Source of the DNA: Eledone cirrhosa
Lineage: Eukaryota
Length of the DNA stretch: 64,000 nt
Direction of reading: 5' to 3'
Assembly: GCA_964016885.1 (NCBI GenBank)
Contig: OZ024757.1
Coordinates: 17,670,001-17,734,000 of the forward strand
Position numbers and translations under genes: made by a program. The notes under the pieces are model-generated. The model did not search any database and had not been told where the DNA came from. It saw only the letters and a program-made list of their open reading frames with translations. This document shows positions 56,265-64,000 of the stretch, one piece after another; within the stretch, counting starts at the first letter, position 1; each line of letters starts with the position of its first letter.

Positions 56265-56401
56265 TACTATAGATCAGTTTTATAAATAAATATTGACATA
56301 CCCTTAAAGAATGCGACCATTTCTATCCGGGAGCTTCCAACAGATATGGTCGCTTTCTTTATGGGTATGTCAATATTTATTTATAAAACTGATCTATATT
56401 A

Positions 56402-56466
56402 TATTTTATCTGATGAAAGTACACCATAATTTAACTTGGTGTCCTTGAAATATGTATAATGAAATA
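56402..56466 (+). ncRNA. Type I hammerhead ribozyme motif (family A), sense to KCNQ1, in intron 7
   Basis: TATTTTAT CTGATGA [AAGTACACCA TAATTTAACT TGGTGTCCTT] GAAA TATGTA TA^ ATGAAATA. Confidence 0.83.
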
Positions 56467-56504
56467 AATATGGTTTTATAAATATAGTTTCCATTTGTTA
56501 ATAT

Positions 56505-56559
<55 letters not shown>

Positions 56560-57057
56560 TAAAATAACAGATTAAAGTTTAAGCAAAGAATCGCTGCTTT
56601 CACCATTAATGGGATCTTCTGAAACTAACAAAGTCAATCTGTAAATGCAGAAGTGGATATTTAAAAAAACGTTGCAACCGGAGGAAGACAGGAAGACGAT
56701 ACTTTGGTTCGTGGAAACATTCCCTGGCAAAGAACAGGAAAAAAACGAATATAATACAAGCGATGAAAAACAATTACGCGCAAAGACAGAACCACGTTTA
56801 TGGTATAAAAGAAGTCGTACACTAATGTTCTCTTAGGTGGTTCATAGAGACGTTCTCTGGCAATGAACGGAAAAAACGAAGATAATACGTCATATGTGGA
56901 GCGTGGAGAACAATTGCACGCACAGACAAAACCACGTAAATGGTATAGCTGAAGTCGTAGACTAAAATTCTAACTAGGAAACCGAATGAATCTCCGCTTC
57001 AGAGTTAAGAATAAAGTAAATTATTATTATTACTATTATTATTATTATTATTATTAT

Positions 57058-57126
<69 letters not shown>

Positions 57127-57329
57127 GACAGATATGTATTTAAGAGTAGCATTGTTGTATGAGTAGTTTCAAGAATGAGGTTCACAAGTGGTCAATATTA
57201 ATATCTAGTCCAACCTTACAATGGTGGTGGTGAAAGATTTCTTCTAGTGCTGCATGATCATTTCACTCACACACACATATATAGGTGTGTGTGCGTGTGT
57301 GTGTGTGTATGTATATATATATATATAGA

Positions 57330-59180
57330 AATGTGTCCGGGATGATGCCGGTGTACTTAGTGTCACAAATGATCAGAAAAAGGAGGCCTGGAAATGTCAA
57401 GTGTGTTTATGAGAGACTGATGAATGTGGAGAACGAATGGGAGGGAGAGAAATTACCCTTGGTAGATCCGACAGAGGGACCAGCTATTGAGATTGACGAA
57501 TATAGGGTCCAAGAGGCGATTAGGGAAATGAAAAATGGTAAGGCTGCCAGACCATCGGGAATAGTTGCTGAGATGCTGACGGCATCAGGGGACGTAGGCA
57601 CTAAACTGGTTGCACACATCATCAATCAGGCTATATATGGTGGTGTCATACCCAAAGACTGGTGCAGCAGTATTCTCATAAATTGCTACAAGGGTAAAGG
57701 GGATGCTTTGGAGAGGAGCAATTATAGGAGTATAAAACTGATAGATCAGGTTATGAAAGTGGCAGAAAGGATTTTAGCACAGCTAATTAGAGAAAGGGTC
57801 AAACTAGATGAGATGCAGTTTGGTTTTGTGCTTGGGAAGAGTACAACAGTTGCCCTCTTCTTGGTGAGACAATTGCAAGAGAGGTTCTTAGAGAAGAATA
57901 AGCCACTATACTTAGCCTTTGTTGACCTAGAGAAGGCCTTTGATAGGGTACCCCGATCTGTCATCTGGTGGTCCCTAAGGAAGCTAGGTGTTGAGGAATG
58001 GCTTGTGAGGACAGTGCAAACTTTGTACAGAGGTACTCTCAGTAAAGTCAGGGTAGGAATGGAGTTTAGTGAGGAATTCCAGATACAAGTAGGAGTACAT
58101 CAGGATTTGGTCCTCAGCCCGCTCTTGTTCATTATAGTCCTCCAAGCCATAACAGAGGAGTTTAAGACTGGCTGTCCATGGGAACTTCTCTATGCTGACG
58201 ATCTGGTTTGTATAGCAGAATCAGTAGAGGAGCTAGAGAATAAATTCTGGCTATGGAAACAAGAGGACTGAGAGTGAACATAGCTAAGACAAAAGTATTG
58301 ACAAGTAGAAGAGAGGACAATACTCCGATTCCATCAGGGAAATGGCCATGTTCGATATGTAGGAAAAGAACTGGCATAAATTCCATAAAATGTACGCAAT
58401 GCAGATCTTGGGTACACAAGAGATGTAGTGGGATAGCAGGCAAACTAACAAGTAGGAAAAACTACGTATGCAGTAGATGTACAGGGAAATTAGACAGTGG
58501 AAGTCGCATTGATAGACACATTTTTCAAATGCAGGAGGACGCTATAGAAGTGGTGGATAGCTTCCGGTACCTAGGAGATCAGATTAGCATGGGAGGAGGG
58601 TGTTCCGAGGCCATAGTATCTAGAATAAGGACGGGTTGGAAGAAGTTTAGGGAGCTGCTTCCTCTGTTGACAAAGAAGGGTTTCTCCCTGCGTACGAAAG
58701 GCCGGTTGTATGATGCCTGTGTGAGGAGCGCGATGCTGCATGGTAGTGAGACATGGGCAGCAACTGCAGAGGATATGCGACGGCTGGAGAGAAATGAGGC
58801 AAGCATGCTCCGTTGGATGTGCAGTGTAAATGTGCGTGAACGACCCAGCATAAATGTGTTGAGAGAGAAACTGTGTCTGAGAGGGATAGAATGTAATGTA
58901 CGGGAGAGGAGACTGAGGTGGTATGGACATGTGATGCGCATGGAGGATGACCGATGGGTGAAGAAGTGCCAGGAAATGCCAGTTGAAGGAAGACGTGGTA
59001 GAGGTAGACCACGAAAAACATGGGCGGAGGTGGTGAGAACAGACCTCAGATCATTGAAGCTCACGGTGGAGATGACGAAGGACTGTGACGAGTGGAGAGA
59101 TGCTGTGCTGAATAAGACCCGTCCCACCCTTGCAAGCAGGGAAAAGCGGACGTAAAATGATGATGATGATGATGATGATG
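57330..59180 (+). mobile_element. 5'-truncated RTE-clade LINE (RT with Cys-rich PHD-like insert), one frameshift near 58260, (TGA)n tail
   Basis: NYRSIKL, QFGF, FVDLEKAFDRVPR, LLYADD, CSIC...[26 protein letters not shown]; ends GGACGTAAAA(TGA)n. Confidence 0.96.
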
Positions 59181-59626
59181 ATATATATATACATATGTAT
59201 ATATATATATATACATATGTATATATATATATATTTATATACATACACACACACATATATATGTATATATATATGTGTGTATATATATATATATACATAT
59301 ACATATCATCATTTCATCATTTCATTTTACGTCCGCTTTTCCCTGCTTGCAAGGGTGGGACGGGAATTGATTCTGGCTTGATTTCTACAGCTAGATGCCC
59401 TTCCTAACACCAACCTCATTTACAGTGAGTGCTGGGTGCTTTTTTGACGTGGCACCTACACGTCCACTTTGCAGTGGAATGCATCTCATTTCTACAGAGT
59501 AAACTGGAGCAATGTGGAATAAAGTGTCTTGCTCAAGGAAACAACACACCACCCGGTCTGAGAATTGAACTCACAACCTTTCAATTGTAAGGCCAATGCT
59601 CTAACCACTAAGCCATGTGCCTCCAC

Positions 59627-59681
<55 letters not shown>

Positions 59682-59685
59682 TATG

Positions 59686-59719
<34 letters not shown>

Positions 59720-60167
59720 TATGTATATATATATATACATATGTATATATGTATATATATATGTATACATATATATATACATATATATACACATACATAC
59801 ATACATACATACATATATACACACACACACATATATATATATGGAGGCACATGGCTTAGTGGTTAGAGCTTGCAATCGAAAGGTTGTGAGTTCAATTCTC
59901 AGACCGGGTGATGTGCTGTTTCCTTGAGCAAGACACTTTATTTCACATTGCTCCAGTTTACTCAGCTGTAGAAATGAGATGATAGGGACTGGGGTCCCTA
60001 TCATTCCACTGCAAAGTGGTCGTGGAGGTGCCACAGCAAAAAAGCACCCAGCACTCACTGTAAATGAGGTTGGTGTTAGGAAGGGCATCCAGCTGTAGAA
60101 TTCAAGCCAGAATCAGTTCCCGTCCCACCCTTGCAAGCAGGGAAAAAGCGGACGTAAAATGAAATGA

Positions 60168-60212
<45 letters not shown>

Positions 60213-60290
60213 AAGTAAGAATGTTTTCGAAACAGCGAGTGAGTTTGAAATTAGAAATATAAGCTATCGCCGTATTTTGACTATGAAATA

Positions 60291-60321
<31 letters not shown>

Positions 60322-60398
60322 ACGAAGGAAATGTGGTAAGGAACCAGGTGGACCATAACGCACCAAAGTACTCAATACTTAGGATAGTAGAGTGGGTA

Positions 60399-60479
60399 AT
60401 AGGAACGAGTAAGACCCCGACGGCTGAGCTCAAGCCGTTTCGAAACGGCTTGAGCTCAGCCGTCGGGGTCTTACTCGTT

Positions 60480-60484
<5 letters not shown>
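60399..60484. repeat. Perfect 86-bp palindrome centred on TTTCGAAA
   Basis: ATAGGAACGAGTAAGACCCCGACGGCTGAGCTCAAGCCGTTTC|GAAACGGCTTGAGCTCAGCCGTCGGGGTCTTACTCGTTCCTAT. Confidence 0.96.
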
Positions 60485-60516
<32 letters not shown>

Positions 60517-60549
60517 GTGTGTTGTAAGTAACTGAGAATACGTGTGTAT

Positions 60550-62510
60550 TGGTAATGGTGGTGTTGGTGGCGGTAGGTGGTGGTAGGGGTGGTGTTGGTG
60601 GTGATGGTAGGTGGTGGTGTTGGTGATGGTAGGTGGTGGAGTTGGTGGTGATGGTAGGTGGTAGTGTTGGTGATGGTAGGTGGTGGTGGAAGGTGGTGCT
60701 GGTAGGTGGTGGTGTTGGTGATGGTAGGTGGTGGTGTTGGTGGTGGTGGTAGGTGGTAGTGTTGGTGATGGTAGGTGGTGGTGGAAGGTGGTGCTGGTAG
60801 GTGGTGGTGTTGGTGATGGTAGGTGGTGGTGGAAGGTGGTGATGGTAGGTGGTAGTGTTGGTGATGGTAGGTGGTGGTGTTGGTGATGGTAGGTGGTGGT
60901 GTTGGTGGTGGTAGGTGGTGGTGGGGGGGTGATGGTAGGTGGTAGTGTTGGTGATGGTAGGTGGTGGTGTTGGTGGTGATGGTAGGTGGTAGTGTTGGTG
61001 GTGGTAGGTGGTGGTGTTGGTGATGGTAGGTGGTGTTGGTGGTGCTGGTAGGTGGTAGTGTTGGTGGTGGTAGGTGGTGGTAGGGGGTGGTAGTGTTGGT
61101 GATGGTAGGTGGTGGTGTTGGTGATGGTAGGTGGTGGTGGTGTTGGTGATGGTAGGTGGTGGTGTTGGTGGTGGTAGGTGGTGGTGTTGGTGGTGGTGGT
61201 GTTGGTAGGTGGTGGTGTTGCTGATGGTAGGTGGTGGTGTTGGTGGTGATGGTAGGTGGTGGTGGAAGGTGGTGCTGGTAGGTGGTAGTGTTGGTGATGG
61301 TAGGTGGTGGTGTTGGTAGGTGGTGGTGTTGGTGGTGGTGGTGTTGGTGATGGTTGGTGGTGATGGTGTTGGTGATGGTAGGTGGTGGTGTTGGTGATGG
61401 TAGGTGGTGGTGGTGTTGGTGATGGTAGGTGGTGGTGTTGGTGGTGCTGGTAGGTGGTGGTGTTGGTGGTGGTGGTGTTGGTAGGTGGTGGTGTTGGTGA
61501 TGGTAGGTGGTGGTGTTGGTGGTGTTGGTGATGGTTGGTGGTGATGGTGTTGGTGATGGTAGGTGGTGGTGTTGGTGGTGATGGTAGGTGGTGGTGTTGG
61601 TGATGGTAGGTGGTGGTGTTGGTGATGGTTGGTGGTGATGGTGTTGGTGTTGGTAGGTGGTGGTGTTGGTGATGGTAGGTGGTGGTAGTGTTGGTGATGG
61701 TAGGTGGTAGTGTTGGTGATGGTTGGTGGTGGTGGTGTTGGTGATGGTAGGGGGTGGTGTTGGTGGTGATGGTAGGTGGTAGTGTTGGTGATGGTAGGTG
61801 GTGGTGTTGGTGATGGTAGGTGGTGGTGGTGTTGGTGATGGTAGGTGGTGGTGTTGGTGATGGTAGGTGGTGGTGGAAGGTGGTGCTGGTAGGTGGTAGT
61901 GTTGGTGATGGTAGGTGGTGGTGTTGGTGGTGGTAGGTGGTGGTGTTGGTGGTGGTGGTGTTGGTGATGGTAGATGGTGTTGGTGATGGTAGGTGGTGGT
62001 GGAAGGTGGTGCTGGTAGGTGGTAGTGTTGGTGATGGTAGGTGGTGGTGGAAGGTGGTGCTGGTAGGTGGTAGTGTTGGTGTTGGTGGTGGTGGTGTTGG
62101 TAGGTGGTGGTGGAAGGTGGTGCTGGTAGGTGGTAGTGTTGGTGATGGTAGGTGGTGGTGTTGGTGGTGGTGGTGTTGGTGATGGTGGTGTTGGTGATGG
62201 TAGGTGGTGGTGTTGGTGGTGGTGATGGTAGGTGGTGGTGTTGGTGGGTGGTGGTAGGGGGTGTTGGTGATGGTAGGTGGTGGTAGGGGGTGGTGGTGCT
62301 GGTGATGGTAGGTGGTGGTGTTGGTGATGGTAGGTGGTGGTGTTGGTGATGGTAGGTGGTGGTGGTGGAAGGTGGTGCTGGTAGGTGGTAGTGCTGGTGA
62401 TGGTAGGTGATAGGTAGAAGGTGGTGGTAGGTGGTGGTGTTGGTAGGTGGTTGTGGTGGTAGGTGGTGGTGGTGGTAGGTGGTGGTGGTGGTAGGTGTTG
62501 GTGGTTGCGT
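60550..62510. repeat. ~2 kb GGT-rich minisatellite (GGTGATGGTAGGTGGTGGTGTT variants)
   Basis: Direct reading. Confidence 0.96.
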
Positions 62511-62585
62511 CATCAGTTATATTTGACGACACCATCACCGCACCACCACAACCGTATACATACATATCTATCTATCTATGGGCTA

Positions 62586-63872
62586 TGGATTTCGGTCCAT
62601 ACCTCGACGGCCTACCGCGACTCTCAGACAGCGAGGCAAAGTTCTGCGAAAAGCCGATTTCAGCCGCTGAGATAGGGGACGCGCTGAGCCAATGCGGCAA
62701 ACGCAAATCTCCAGGTCTCGACGGTCTACCCTACGAATTTTACGTAGCAATGCCGGACTTATTCTCCGGTCTCCTGGAAGCGGCCTACGCCGACGACGTG
62801 ACAGTAATGGTGTCGAGCGCCTCGCAAATCGAGGAAGTCGGCACCTTACTAAAGGAATACGAAAGTTTCACAGGAGCGAAGCTGAACCGGTAAAGCTGCT
62901 CGGGGTCTGGTTTGGTCCGGACCTCCAGGTGGAGAAGAACTGGAACGAAGTGACGGCCAAGGTGTTTGCACTCACCCAGAAGTGGGCCGAGTGCAAACTA
63001 TCCTTGAAAGGTCGAGCAGAGGTGGCGAACACATTTATAGCATCCGTCATCTACTACCGCTTGACCGTCATGCCTTGTCCAACCAAAACGCTCGCCAAAA
63101 TGGAACACGCGCTCTTCCAATTCCTTTGGAAGAGGCGGGCTCCTTTGGTGAGAAGATCCATCTGCTGCCAACACCCTTCTAACGGAGGGCTGGGGATGCC
63201 GTGGTTGACGATGCGCAAACACGCGCTCAGGCTGCGGCATCTCTACGTATTCCTCACACATTCATACACTGCCCAGACGTCACTGACCTGTGGGGCTATG
63301 TAGAACGACTATTGTCGCGGGTGGGACCAATCCGGTTGACCACCGAGTCCATTGTCATGATCAAACCGCCACCCTCCTTCAAAAACGAAGGAGAGGCGGT
63401 TTTCCTTTGTGTGATAGCTATGGCGAAAGAGGTTGTATGGTAGACAAGGTTGAAAGGGCTGAGGTCAGACACCTTTCTCTCCGGCCAACAACTGGTTCTT
63501 TTTTTCAAATACCACTTTGGAAGAAGAATCAGGATGGAGAGAGAGGTGCTGTACCCCAGCAAGTTTTATGAAAGGTGGGTGAAAGTGGCGAGAATGGCCC
63601 GAGTGAATGGGCCTTCTCTCTATATCAGCCTGTAGGTTGAGGAAAAGGAGGAGGAGAGGAAAGGAGTACAAACTCTTCGTACTCCTGGAGTTGAGGGTTG
63701 CACATTTTTTCGGGGGTATGTGTTACCCATATGAACTGTCTCCTCCTATTGGGGAAAATCGACTAACTTTTTAAATTGCATTTGTGATAACATTTTACAC
63801 GTTTTTATTGTATGTAAACTTCCCCCTTTGTATTTGTCCCCTTCTTTTGTGCCCCTGTGGCTAATAAAGAAA
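62586..63872 (+). mobile_element. Internally deleted Tx1/L1-clade LINE, 3' part
   Basis: KSPGLDGLPYEFY, AYADDVTV, LLGVWFG, LSLKGR, GGLGMP; AATAAA at ~63863 followed by a microsatellite. Confidence 0.9.
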
Positions 63873-64000
63873 CATATCTATCTATATATCTATATATATC
63901 TAACTATATATATATAGATATATACACACACACATATTATTACATATTCATACACACTTACATACATATATTCATACATACATACATATATACATTCATA

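Noticed and set aside
60471-62565. Extensin-like T/P/H-rich ORFs
   Set aside because: GGT-rich minisatellite open in multiple frames.
55475-64000. KCNQ1 exon 8 (GILGSGFALKV)
   Set aside because: Not found by eye in the remaining sequence; presumed to lie beyond the window.

Overview
AT-rich, microsatellite- and transposon-dense eukaryotic DNA. The SINE/LINE repertoire suggests a coleoid cephalopod, probably Octopus (inference). The only host gene is a + strand KCNQ1/Kv7.1 voltage-gated K+ channel. Coding exons 1-7 lie at 38328-55474 (S1 to mid-S6), all with GT-AG boundaries and compatible phases, and the gene continues beyond the window. The rest is decayed mobile DNA (Gypsy integrase, Penelope-like RT/GIY-YIG, Helitron helicase, mariner, RTE, RLE-type and Tx1 LINEs, several SINE families) plus micro- and minisatellites. 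The main unannotated signal, read by eye, is at least 12 complete type I hammerhead ribozyme motifs (stem I - CUGANGA - stem II - GAAA - short palindromic stem III - NUH - stem I) from about six unrelated repeat families, with compensatory stem variation. Several sit in fold-back inverted repeats carrying a ribozyme on each strand, two of them inside KCNQ1 introns. Repeat boundaries are approximate; no folding or database search was run.
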